A model generated the notes under the pieces. That model was not told the origin of the DNA. It worked only from the letters and a program-made list of their open reading frames with translations, and made no database searches. A stretch of 64,000 bases of DNA from Escherichia coli (GTDB lineage: Bacteria; Pseudomonadota; Gammaproteobacteria; Enterobacterales; Enterobacteriaceae): NCBI RefSeq assembly GCF_003334765.1, contig NZ_QOWT01000001.1; one strand, given 5' to 3'. Of the stretch, positions 36,961-46,572 are shown one piece after another. Every line of letters starts with the position of its first letter. Position 1 is the stretch's first letter. Both the position numbers and the translations under genes were made by a program.

Positions 36961-37602
36961 ATGTTTACGGGGATTGTACAGGGCACCGCAAAACTGGTGT
37001 CGATTGACGAGAAACCAAATTTTCGTACGCATGTGGTGGAGTTACCCGACCACATGCTGGACGGCCTGGAAACCGGTGCTTCCGTGGCGCATAACGGTTG
37101 CTGCCTGACCGTGACGGAAATTAACGGCAACCATGTCAGTTTTGACCTGATGAAAGAAACGTTACGCATTACCAATCTTGGCGATTTAAAAGTGGGGGAT
37201 TGGGTAAACGTTGAGCGTGCGGCGAAATTCAGTGATGAAATTGGCGGACACTTAATGTCAGGTCATATTATGACCACTGCTGAAGTGGCGAAAATATTAA
37301 CCTCAGAAAATAATCGCCAGATCTGGTTTAAAGTCCAGGATAGTCAGTTGATGAAATATATTCTGTACAAAGGATTTATTGGCATCGACGGTATTAGCCT
37401 GACCGTCGGCGAAGTCACGCCAACGCGTTTTTGCGTCCATTTAATTCCGGAAACACTGGAACGCACGACTCTTGGGAAGAAAAAACTTGGCGCACGCGTC
37501 AACATTGAAATCGATCCACAAACTCAGGCAGTGGTAGATACGGTAGAACGTGTGCTGGCGGCACGAGAAAATGCCATGAATCAACCAGGCACAGAAGCCT
37601 GA
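36961..37602 (+). CDS. ribC: Riboflavin synthase (alpha chain)
   Basis: 213-aa [54 protein letters not shown]…. Confidence 0.93.
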   Translation: MFTGIVQGTAKLVSIDEKPNFRTHVVELPDHMLDGLETGASVAHNGCCLTVTEINGNHVSFDLMKETLRITNLGDLKVGDWVNVERAAKFSDEIGGHLMSGHIMTTAEVAKILTSENNRQIWFKVQDSQLMKYILYKGFIGIDGISLTVGEVTPTRFCVHLIPETLERTTLGKKKLGARVNIEIDPQTQAVVDTVERVLAARENAMNQPGTEA

Positions 37603-37641
37603 TCTGAAATCGCCCCCGGAGAGGGGGCGATAGAATAGCCT

Positions 37642-38790
37642 TTAGCGAGCCACTCGAAGGCCGTTTTCAACACCGCGTGAGAACACGACCTGCCAGAGCT
37701 GAATATCACGGGCGCGGAAAGCACCTGCACAGGCATTCAGATAATAGGTAAACATTCGTTTAAAGCGTTCACTATAGTTATCCGCAATTTCTGGCCATGC
37801 GGCGAGGAATCGTTCATACCACGCCATCAACGTAGTATCGTAATCAGCACCGAAGTTATGCCAGTCTTCCATCACAAAGTGGGGTTCGCTGGACTGAGCA
37901 ATCTGGCGTACAGAGGGCAGGCAACCGTTCGGAAAAATATATTTATTAATCCAGGGATCAACATTCAGATCGGTTTTTTTCGAACCGATAGTATGGAGCA
38001 GGAATATGCCTTCCGGTTTCAAATTACGATCCACCACCGCAAAATAGGTATCGTAATTTTTCGGTCCGACGTGCTCGAACATCCCCACAGAAACAATACG
38101 ATCAAACTGGTCGTTCAGGTCACGATAATCTTGCAGCAAAATGGTGACATCCAGGCCTTCACAGCGTTCCTGAGCCATTTTTTGCTGTTCGGCAGAAATG
38201 GTGACGCCCACCACGCTTACGTCATAATTAGATGCCATGTAGTGTGCCAGTCCGCCCCAGCCGCAGCCAATATCCAGTACGCGCATCCCTGGTTTTAACT
38301 GCAATTTTTCACAAATCATTTTGAGCTTCGCCTGCTGGGCAGATTCCAGATTATCGGCATCTTTCCAGTAAGCGCAGGAATATTGCATGAAGGGATCAAG
38401 CATGCGGCTGAACAAGTCATTACCCAAATCGTAATGCTCTTTGCCGACTATCCAGGCACGTTTTTTACTCTGCAGATTGAAGAGACGAGCGCCGGCAATA
38501 CGCAGCGTGTCTTTGAAATGATGGGGGAGTTGGTTCTCGAGACCTGCGCGTAAGACTTTGCTAAAAAACATATCCAGTCGGTCACATTCCCACCAGCCAT
38601 CCATATAACTTTCGCCTAACCCCAAAGAGCCTTCTTGCAGAACGCGTTTAAAAAAATCGGGGTTTTTCACACGAATATCCGCCGGGGCAGAACCGTTAAT
38701 GGCTATACCGGCACGGCTAAGTAATTCGTTGGCGATACGGTACCAGTTGTCATCCGGTACACTGACTTCTTCTATACACGATGAACTCAT
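37642..38790 (-). CDS. cfa: Cyclopropane-fatty-acyl-phospholipid synthase
   Basis: 382-aa ORF with the SAM-binding motif VLDIGCGWGG. Confidence 0.93.
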   Translation of the reverse strand: MSSSCIEEVSVPDDNWYRIANELLSRAGIAINGSAPADIRVKNPDFFKRVLQEGSLGLGESYMDGWWECDRLDMFFSKVLRAGLENQLPHHFKDTLRIAGARLFNLQSKKRAWIVGKEHYDLGNDLFSRMLDPFMQYSCAYWKDADNLESAQQAKLKMICEKLQLKPGMRVLDIGCGWGGLAHYMASNYDVSVVGVTISAEQQKMAQERCEGLDVTILLQDYRDLNDQFDRIVSVGMFEHVGPKNYDTYFAVVDRNLKPEGIFLLHTIGSKKTDLNVDPWINKYIFPNGCLPSVRQIAQSSEPHFVMEDWHNFGADYDTTLMAWYERFLAAWPEIADNYSERFKRMFTYYLNACAGAFRARDIQLWQVVFSRGVENGLRVAR

Positions 38791-39080
38791 AGTTTCTCCA
38801 TCACTGGTCGGTGATCAGAACCTTAAAACAGCGTAGACGCTTTTTGGGCTTTGTGAGAAATCTCGCAGAAAAAACCGCGAGTCTATAATCCGACGTAGAA
38901 CAGAGGGAAAGGAGGAACCCTTGCCGAAATGACTATCCATAGTGAGTCGGGAACGATCCTGTCCCCGTAAAAACATAATATTTATCGTAGCTTTAACAAC
39001 TCGAAATTAGTATAGGCCGCTAATTTCAATCATACAACAAAATTTTGTTAGCAGCCTAAGTATAAGTATATCGATATAGA

Positions 39081-40292
39081 TCAGTGTGATTCGCTATGAG
39101 CGACTTCGGCATTGCCATGATTCTGGCAGCCAACTTCTTCACAACGTTGCATCATGTAACCCAGCGCGACCAGCACTACTGTTGATAACATCACGCTGGT
39201 GGTGGTGAGCAATGGCGTGCTGATACTGATCAGCCAGGAAACTACCAGACTTGCGAGGAAGCACAGACCCAGTTGAAGAGTGTTCTGCAACGCTGCGGCG
39301 CGACCAGTTGCGTGTGGGAAGGGACGCAGCGCCTGGGCGACAACAATAGGGTAGATCGCGCCATTGGCAATCGCCATCACACAGAATGGGATCAGGATTT
39401 CGACCAGCGACACATGGCTAATGAAGCCCGCAGCCCAGGTCGCAATGACGCTGACAGCAAACAGCACCAGCAACCACGGTAATAACTGCTTGCCTTGCCA
39501 TTTCTGCAGCGCGGCGCGACAGCCATAACCACCAATCAGAAACGCGATAGTTTGCGGGACATAACTTAAACCAATAACTGCCGGGCTGTAGCCCATTTCA
39601 CTAAGGATGAACGGTGAACCGGTCAGCCATGCAAAAAAACTGGCTGAACAGGCTGCGTATATCAGCACGTTGCCGCGATAGGTTTTAGAACGTAGCAGGT
39701 CGGTAAAGGTCAGACCATCCTGACTATTGTTACGGGCCTTCGTCGTGGGTTTGAGCCAGAAAATAGGCAGAATCAGCACCACGGTAATGGCAAACAGGGT
39801 GGCGAAAATCGCCTGCCAGGAAAAATGGACCAGCAGCCAGCTTCCTAACAGAGGAGCCAGTGCCGGAGATAGACCCACCAGCGGCATGATGGTCGCAAAA
39901 ATACGGTTAACTTTCTGTGAAGGATAATAATCTGTCACTAATGCTTGCCAGATAACCGCCGCGGCGCAGACACCCACAGCCTGTACAAAACGCAATACCA
40001 GCAGCGTAGCGGCGTTTTCTACCCACAGCATCCCCAGACTACCTAACGCAAAAATTGTCAGGCCGATTAATAATACCGGTTTACGACCATAACGGTCGGA
40101 GAGCGGCCCCCACAGAAGCTGGGCTGCGGCAAAACCGGCAAGGAACAGACTAAGGCTGGCACTGACAGCAGACGCAGGCGTTTGCAGGTCGGCCTGTATG
40201 GCGGCGAAAGCAGGCAGATACATATCGGTTGCCAGAAAACCGAGTACGCTCAAACCCGCCAGCCAGACTAAAAATCTTTTCCCAGGTTGCAT
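39081..40292 (-). CDS. ydhC: MFS transporter (reported purine nucleoside importer PunC)
   Basis: 403-aa, 12-TM ORF divergent from the LysR regulator ydhB. Confidence 0.85.
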   Translation of the reverse strand: MQPGKRFLVWLAGLSVLGFLATDMYLPAFAAIQADLQTPASAVSASLSLFLAGFAAAQLLWGPLSDRYGRKPVLLIGLTIFALGSLGMLWVENAATLLVLRFVQAVGVCAAAVIWQALVTDYYPSQKVNRIFATIMPLVGLSPALAPLLGSWLLVHFSWQAIFATLFAITVVLILPIFWLKPTTKARNNSQDGLTFTDLLRSKTYRGNVLIYAACSASFFAWLTGSPFILSEMGYSPAVIGLSYVPQTIAFLIGGYGCRAALQKWQGKQLLPWLLVLFAVSVIATWAAGFISHVSLVEILIPFCVMAIANGAIYPIVVAQALRPFPHATGRAAALQNTLQLGLCFLASLVVSWLISISTPLLTTTSVMLSTVVLVALGYMMQRCEEVGCQNHGNAEVAHSESH

Positions 40293-40404
40293 GTATATTC
40301 TCTAAATCTCTCAATTAAACACCGCCGCAAAGTGTAGGGAGTGAAATTAGTGTTGTGAAACGGTAATATTTGATGACTGGTTTCAAAAATTTTGCAGGCA
40401 GACT

Positions 40405-41337
40405 ATGTGGTCAGAATATTCACTCGAAGTTGTTGATGCGGTAGCGCGTAATGGTAGTTTTAGCGCTGCGGCACAGGAGCTGCATCGCGTTCCTTCTGCG
40501 GTCAGCTATACCGTGCGTCAGCTGGAAGAGTGGCTGGCGGTGCCGCTCTTTGAACGACGGCACCGTGATGTGGAGCTGACCGCTGCTGGAGCGTGGTTTC
40601 TCAAAGAAGGGCGCTCTGTTGTCAAAAAAATGCAGATCACCCGCCAGCAATGTCAGCAGATAGCGAACGGCTGGCGCGGTCAGTTAGCTATCGCAGTGGA
40701 TAATATTGTCAGGCCAGAACGTACACGGCAGATGATCGTTGATTTTTATCGCCATTTTGATGATGTCGAACTTCTTGTCTTTCAGGAAGTGTTCAACGGT
40801 GTCTGGGATGCGCTTTCCGACGGGCGCGTGGAACTGGCGATTGGCGCAACACGCGCGATTCCGGTAGGCGGTCGTTATGCCTTCCGGGATATGGGGATGC
40901 TAAGCTGGAGTTGCGTTGTTGCCAGTCACCACCCGCTGGCGTTGATGGATGGCCCGTTCAGCGATGATACGTTGCGCAACTGGCCGTCGTTGGTGCGCGA
41001 AGACACCTCGCGAACGCTACCTAAACGTATTACCTGGTTGCTGGATAACCAAAAAAGAGTTGTCGTGCCTGACTGGGAATCATCGGCAACCTGTATCTCG
41101 GCAGGATTATGCATAGGGATGGTGCCAACACATTTCGCCAAACCGTGGCTTAATGAGGGGAAGTGGGTAGCATTAGAACTGGAAAACCCCTTTCCGGATT
41201 CGGCATGTTGTCTGACATGGCAGCAAAATGATATGTCGCCTGCGTTAACCTGGTTGCTTGAGTATCTCGGCGATAGTGAGACGCTGAATAAGGAGTGGCT
41301 GCGGGAGCCGGAAGAGACTCCCGCAACGGGTGATTAA
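40405..41337 (+). CDS. ydhB: LysR-family transcriptional regulator (PunR)
   Basis: 310-aa ORF with an N-terminal wHTH ([23 protein letters not shown]). Confidence 0.85.
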
Positions 41338-42359
41338 CGACGATAGTCGCGGAACGGGCCGTCAGCCACGGAGCGGCGTTCAATCAAGCGCGGATGCACT
41401 TCAATAGACTGCGGTTCTTCACGTTTGTTGACGATACGATCCAACAGCATGTTGAACGCTGTTTCACCCAGCGAATCTTTTGGCTGATGGATCGTGGTCA
41501 GCGCCGGCGTAAAATAGCGCGCGTTGCGCACGTTATCATAACCGATCAGCGAAACATCCTGCGGGACGCGCAGGCCCATTTCATCAGCAGCACAAAGTGC
41601 GCCCATTGCCATGATATCGCCACCACAGAAGACGGCAGTAGGGCGATGCGGCTGCGACAGGATTTGCTGCATGGCGCGATAACCGGATTCAGGTTCAAAG
41701 TCACCCTGCACAATCCAGCTTTCCGGCACCTTGATCATCGCTTCTTCCATCGCCTTCATAAAACCGGCAAGGCGGCCTGCGCCGGTGTTACGTTCCAGCG
41801 GGCCGGGGATGACGCCGATTTCGCGGTGACCGCGTTCAATCAGATAACGCCCGGCCATGTAGCCGCCTTCGAACGCGTTATCAATGACCGCATCGGTGAA
41901 GTCAGCTTTTGCTTCACCCCAGTCCATGACCACCATTGGGATATGGCGATACTCTTCCAGCATCGCCAGCAACGGCTCTGGGTACTCAGAACACATCACC
42001 AGCAGACCATCGACGCGTTTTTGCGCCATCATCGACAGATAAGCCCGCTGTTTCTCAAGATTGTTCCACGCATTGCCCAGAATCAGGGTGTAACCTTTCT
42101 GGAAGCAATTTTTTTCAACTGCTTCAATGATCTCGGCAAAATAGGCCGCTTCGCTGCTGGTCGCCAGCAAACCGATAGACTTGGTGTGGTTAACCTTCAG
42201 GCTACGCGCCACCGCGCTAGGGGAGTAGTGTAATTCTTTAATCGCTGCCCACACGGCGTTGCGCGTTTCTTCAGCGACGAAACGTGTTTTGTTGATCACG
42301 TGTGACACAGTTGTAGTGGAAACGTTTGCTCGTTTCGCTACATCTTTTATTGTTGCCAT
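41334..42359 (-). CDS. purR: Purine repressor, LacI family
   Basis: 341-aa [58 protein letters not shown]…. Confidence 0.95.
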
Positions 42360-42402
42360 TCCATTTCACTCCAGACCCTAACTTCAGCTCCTGCAAAATC
42401 GC

Positions 42403-42418
42403 AAGGTAAACGTTTGCC
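42403..42418. promoter_or_regulatory. PurR operator (PUR box) in the purR leader
   Basis: Minus-strand reading GGCAAACGTTTACCTT matches the PUR-box core (ACGCAAACGTTTTCNT); purR autoregulation is established. Confidence 0.55.
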
Positions 42419-42657
42419 TTTACACACCTTACGCACAACAAAAGTGTTGCGGTACGCCGGAAAAACGACACGGAGCGTCAGGAAGGGGTCAATGGCCAGT
42501 ACGCAAATAGTGTAAGCGTGGAATTTTGGCCGATCTTGACGAAAAGGGGAAGTGGTAAAAACACTTATCATTATAAATGACGGGAGATTTTTTCATCACA
42601 GTGTGTAAAAATGCGTAATATCACTTTTTGTGTGGTAATAAAAAAGGAGAAAACTTG

Positions 42658-42747
42658 ATGAGCACCGACCTTAAATTTTCACTGGTAACAACGATTATCG
42701 TCCTCGGTTTGATCGTAGCCGTGGGTTTGACTGCCGCGCTGCACTGA
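42658..42747 (+). CDS. ynhF: Small single-TM membrane protein (29 aa)
   Basis: ATG…TGA encodes MSTDLKFSLVTTIIVLGLIVAVGLTAALH, preceded by a GGAGA RBS; below the ORF-track size cut-off. Confidence 0.7.
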   Translation: MSTDLKFSLVTTIIVLGLIVAVGLTAALH

Positions 42748-42912
42748 TTTCCTCTCGAGGGAGCGCGTTCTCCCTCGCATCTCCTTCCTGTTTGTTAGCA
42801 AAATGGCAAAAGTGTTTTCTCTTTTTGTTATTTTCATTTTTTTGTGATTGCTGTCATGCTTTCGCCACTTTAATGAATATCGCGTAATGACGCGAAGAGG
42901 TGGAGATAAGGC

Positions 42913-44082
42913 ATGAAAATTAACTATCCGTTGCTGGCGCTGGCGATTGGCGCGTTTGGTATCGGGACAACGGAGTTCTCGCCAATGGGCTTGTTGCCCG
43001 TCATTGCGCGCGGTGTGGATGTCTCGATTCCCGCTGCCGGAATGTTAATCAGTGCCTATGCAGTTGGCGTAATGGTTGGCGCGCCGCTGATGACGCTTCT
43101 ACTTTCTCATCGTGCCCGCCGCAGTGCGTTGATTTTCCTGATGGCAATTTTCACGCTCGGCAACGTACTTTCCGCCATCGCGCCGGATTATATGACCCTG
43201 ATGCTTTCACGCATTTTGACCAGCCTGAATCACGGAGCATTTTTTGGTTTGGGTTCAGTCGTGGCCGCAAGCGTGGTGCCAAAACATAAACAGGCCAGCG
43301 CAGTTGCCACTATGTTTATGGGGTTAACCCTGGCAAATATCGGTGGCGTGCCGGCGGCGACCTGGTTGGGTGAAACCATCGGCTGGCGGATGTCATTTCT
43401 GGCAACGGCGGGGCTGGGAGTGATTTCAATGGTAAGTCTGTTCTTCTCATTACCTAAAGGTGGTGCAGGGGCACGACCTGAAGTGAAAAAAGAGCTGGCG
43501 GTATTAATGCGTCCGCAGGTGCTGTCTGCATTGCTGACGACGGTACTGGGAGCTGGTGCAATGTTTACTCTCTACACCTATATCTCTCCGGTACTGCAAA
43601 GTATTACCCACGCAACACCGGTGTTCGTCACGGCAATGCTGGTGCTGATTGGTGTCGGATTCTCTATCGGTAACTATCTCGGCGGCAAACTGGCAGATCG
43701 TTCAGTTAACGGCACGTTGAAAGGCTTTTTGTTGTTGTTGATGGTGATTATGCTGGCAATCCCGTTTCTGGCCCGCAATGAGTTCGGCGCAGCTATTAGC
43801 ATGGTGGTGTGGGGCGCAGCAACCTTTGCGGTCGTACCGCCGTTACAGATGCGCGTGATGCGTGTCGCCAGTGAAGCGCCAGGTCTGTCTTCATCAGTCA
43901 ATATTGGTGCCTTTAATCTTGGAAATGCGCTGGGAGCAGCTGCTGGTGGTGCGGTAATTTCCGCTGGGCTGGGATACAGCTTTGTGCCGGTGATGGGAGC
44001 GATTGTCGCGGGACTGGCATTATTGCTGGTGTTTATGTCAGCCAGAAAACAACCTGAAACAGTTTGCGTTGCTAACAGCTAA
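42913..44082 (+). CDS. ydhP: MFS transporter
   Basis: 389-aa, 12-TM ORF. Confidence 0.85.
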   Translation: MKINYPLLALAIGAFGIGTTEFSPMGLLPVIARGVDVSIPAAGMLISAYAVGVMVGAPLMTLLLSHRARRSALIFLMAIFTLGNVLSAIAPDYMTLMLSRILTSLNHGAFFGLGSVVAASVVPKHKQASAVATMFMGLTLANIGGVPAATWLGETIGWRMSFLATAGLGVISMVSLFFSLPKGGAGARPEVKKELAVLMRPQVLSALLTTVLGAGAMFTLYTYISPVLQSITHATPVFVTAMLVLIGVGFSIGNYLGGKLADRSVNGTLKGFLLLLMVIMLAIPFLARNEFGAAISMVVWGAATFAVVPPLQMRVMRVASEAPGLSSSVNIGAFNLGNALGAAAGGAVISAGLGYSFVPVMGAIVAGLALLLVFMSARKQPETVCVANS

Positions 44083-44143
44083 TTAAACAAAAACGCAGAA
44101 GGATAACCTTCTGCGTTACAGTTGCTGACAACGTGCGATTTAT

Positions 44144-44305
44144 CTTGCCGGATGCGGTGTTAACGACTCATCCGCGTTGACATGAAAAGACGCGTTAGGC
44201 GTCGTATCATGCAGCGCTTGTCGGATGCGGCGAGTGCCTTATCCGACCTACATCGATGATCCGCGTAGGCCTGATAAGCGTAGCGCTTCAGGCAATGCTG
44301 CATTT
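44144..44305. repeat. REP/BIME cluster (repetitive extragenic palindromes)
   Basis: Several REP units between convergent ydhP and sodB, e.g. GCCGGATGCGGTG…, GTCGGATGCGGCGAGTGCCTTATCCGACCTAC, GCCTGATAAGCGTAGCGCTTCAGGC. Confidence 0.8.
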
Positions 44306-44316
44306 GCCATCAGTTA

Positions 44317-44898
44317 TTATGCAGCGAGATTTTTCGCTACGAATTCCCAGTTCACCAGCGCCCAGAAGTGCTCCAGATAGCCAGGACGTGCATTGCGATA
44401 GTCGATGTAATAAGCGTGTTCCCAGACATCAACGGTCAGCAGCGGAGTCGCATCGGTGGTCAGCGGAGTACCCGCGTTAGAGGTTGAAACGATAGCCAGT
44501 TTGCCATCGCTGTTTTTCACCAGCCAGGTCCAGCCAGAACCAAAGTTTTTGATCGCTGCATCAGTAAACTGCGCTTTGAAATCGGCAAAGCTGCCAAAAG
44601 ATGCGGCGATAGCTTCAGCGACTTTTCCAGTCGGTTCGCCACCGGCGTTCGGTGCCAGGCAGTTCCAGTAGAAAGTATGGTTCCAGACCTGAGCTGCGTT
44701 GTTGAATACGCCACCTTCAGAGCTGCGAATAATCTCTTCCAGTGATTTACCTTCAAACGCGGTACCTTTAATCAGGTTGTTCAGGTTAGTGACATAAGTC
44801 TGATGGTGCTTGCCGTAGTGATACTCGATGGTTTCCGCAGAAATGTGCGGTGCCAGAGCATCTTTAGCATATGGTAGTGCAGGTAATTCGAATGACAT
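44317..44898 (-). CDS. sodB: Iron superoxide dismutase
   Basis: 193-aa [49 protein letters not shown]…. Confidence 0.96.
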   Translation of the reverse strand: MSFELPALPYAKDALAPHISAETIEYHYGKHHQTYVTNLNNLIKGTAFEGKSLEEIIRSSEGGVFNNAAQVWNHTFYWNCLAPNAGGEPTGKVAEAIAASFGSFADFKAQFTDAAIKNFGSGWTWLVKNSDGKLAIVSTSNAGTPLTTDATPLLTVDVWEHAYYIDYRNARPGYLEHFWALVNWEFVAKNLAA

Positions 44899-45025
44899 TG
44901 CTACTCTCCTTTATTATTAATTTGCATACGTACAATAGCCTTATTGTGCGTATGGATAGGGTAGCAAATTAAAAGGTGAGACAAAAGATGAACTTACCCT
45001 GTTGCCGTAACAACAGGGTAAAGTT

Positions 45026-45841
45026 TTAGCGAAGTGTTTTTGGGGTCATTACCCGACGAGCGCCAACATAGTGGCGCTGCCAGTAGTCTTCACTGAGAGA
45101 AGTGATTTGAATTTCCTGACCTGTGCGCGGTGACTGAATAAATTTGCCGTTGCCGACATACACGCCGACATGATCGGCTGTGCCGCGTCCCTGAGTACGG
45201 AAAAAGACCAGGTCGCCGTTTTTCAGTTCACTACGTTCGATTGGCGCTGCATCACGCAGGTGATACATTTCATTCGCCGTACGCGGAATACGAATTTTCA
45301 CCAAATCTTTATAAGCGTAATAAACCAGGCCGCTGCAATCAAAACCGGTACGCGGTGAGCTGCCACCCCAACGATATGGCTTACCAATTTGCTGCATCAG
45401 TTTATTCATTGCCACTTTCGTAGCTTTTTGCACCTTCGCTTTGTGCGCGTCGGCAAGAGTTCCTGACGCGGCATTTTTGACTTTCACACAATGCGATTTA
45501 TAGCCCTTACGTTTGGTACACTTTTCGGTAAAGCTGGCTGAGGCCGTTTTATTGACGGCGTGTTTGCTGCGAGTTTTGGCGTTTTTAGAAGCGGTAATGG
45601 AAGATTTTTTAACGGAAGAAGCGGTTTTGCTTTTGGTCGTACTTTTACTGGCGGCTTTTTTCGCTGTTTTCTGGGTCTTTTTGGTGGTTGCCGTGCTTTT
45701 CTTTTTATCTGCTTTTTTGGTGATATGAGTGGTAGCAGAACTCTCCCTGGCTTGCTTTGAAGCATGGGCCATAGGCGTTAAAGGCAGGGTGGTAAAAAGT
45801 AAAGCACAGAGCGTGATCGAAATACGGTTTATCCGCGCCAC
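45026..45841 (-). CDS. mepH: NlpC/P60-family peptidoglycan DD-endopeptidase
   Basis: 271-aa ORF with a signal peptide, a K/T/S-rich low-complexity linker and a C-terminal NlpC/P60 domain (…RWGGSSPRTGFDCSGLVYYAY…H…). Confidence 0.88.
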   Translation of the reverse strand: MARINRISITLCALLFTTLPLTPMAHASKQARESSATTHITKKADKKKSTATTKKTQKTAKKAASKSTTKSKTASSVKKSSITASKNAKTRSKHAVNKTASASFTEKCTKRKGYKSHCVKVKNAASGTLADAHKAKVQKATKVAMNKLMQQIGKPYRWGGSSPRTGFDCSGLVYYAYKDLVKIRIPRTANEMYHLRDAAPIERSELKNGDLVFFRTQGRGTADHVGVYVGNGKFIQSPRTGQEIQITSLSEDYWQRHYVGARRVMTPKTLR

Positions 45842-46174
45842 TGAGCGTCCCTCTGTTAAGGCAGGTCTATCATGCCTGCGTCTGATTTACAAAACTTGAT
45901 GATTCTAATGCATAGAAGAAGAGAAAGTTAATAGCTTTTATTGTTAAAAAATACGTTTCGTTGGCGAGCGCAAAAAAATGCAGCAGTGAAAGCTAAAAAT
46001 GGTTATAAATACGCCAGTTTGCCGGCATCAGAGAAGAAACGAATATTTGAAATGCAACAAATAGAGCAAAGGGATAAAATAGCAAAAGCGTGATGAAAAT
46101 GTTATTTTCCGATGCCGCACTGACCCGCTACAATGTCAGATTACTGCCGTAAAGAAGTTTGAGGAAGCAAGACA

Positions 46175-46522
46175 ATGAGCACCACTATCGAAAAAATCCA
46201 ACGCCAGATTGCTGAAAACCCGATCCTGCTGTACATGAAAGGTTCACCGAAACTGCCGAGCTGCGGTTTCTCTGCCCAGGCAGTCCAGGCGCTTGCCGCA
46301 TGTGGCGAACGTTTTGCCTATGTTGATATTCTGCAGAATCCGGACATTCGTGCGGAACTGCCGAAATATGCTAACTGGCCGACCTTCCCGCAACTGTGGG
46401 TTGACGGCGAGCTGGTCGGCGGTTGTGATATCGTGATCGAAATGTATCAGCGTGGCGAACTGCAGCAGCTGATCAAAGAAACTGCCGCTAAATACAAGTC
46501 TGAAGAGCCGGACGCGGAATAA
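46175..46522 (+). CDS. grxD: Monothiol glutaredoxin 4
   Basis: 115-aa ORF with the CGFS active site (…KGSPKLPSCGFSAQAV…). Confidence 0.95.
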   Translation: MSTTIEKIQRQIAENPILLYMKGSPKLPSCGFSAQAVQALAACGERFAYVDILQNPDIRAELPKYANWPTFPQLWVDGELVGGCDIVIEMYQRGELQQLIKETAAKYKSEEPDAE

Positions 46523-46536
46523 TCCGTCCTGCAATA

Positions 46537-46564
46537 CTGACGGATGCGAACGGGCATCCGTCAG
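46537..46564. terminator. Hairpin between convergent grxD and lhr (likely bidirectional terminator)
   Basis: CTGACGGATGC…GCATCCGTCAG, an 11-bp inverted repeat in the 50-bp convergent intergenic gap. Confidence 0.55.
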
Positions 46565-46572
46565 TCCTTTCT

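Noticed and set aside
41394-42233. 279-aa plus-strand ORF opposite purR
   Set aside because: Shadow ORF antisense to purR; His/Arg-rich with no domain signature.
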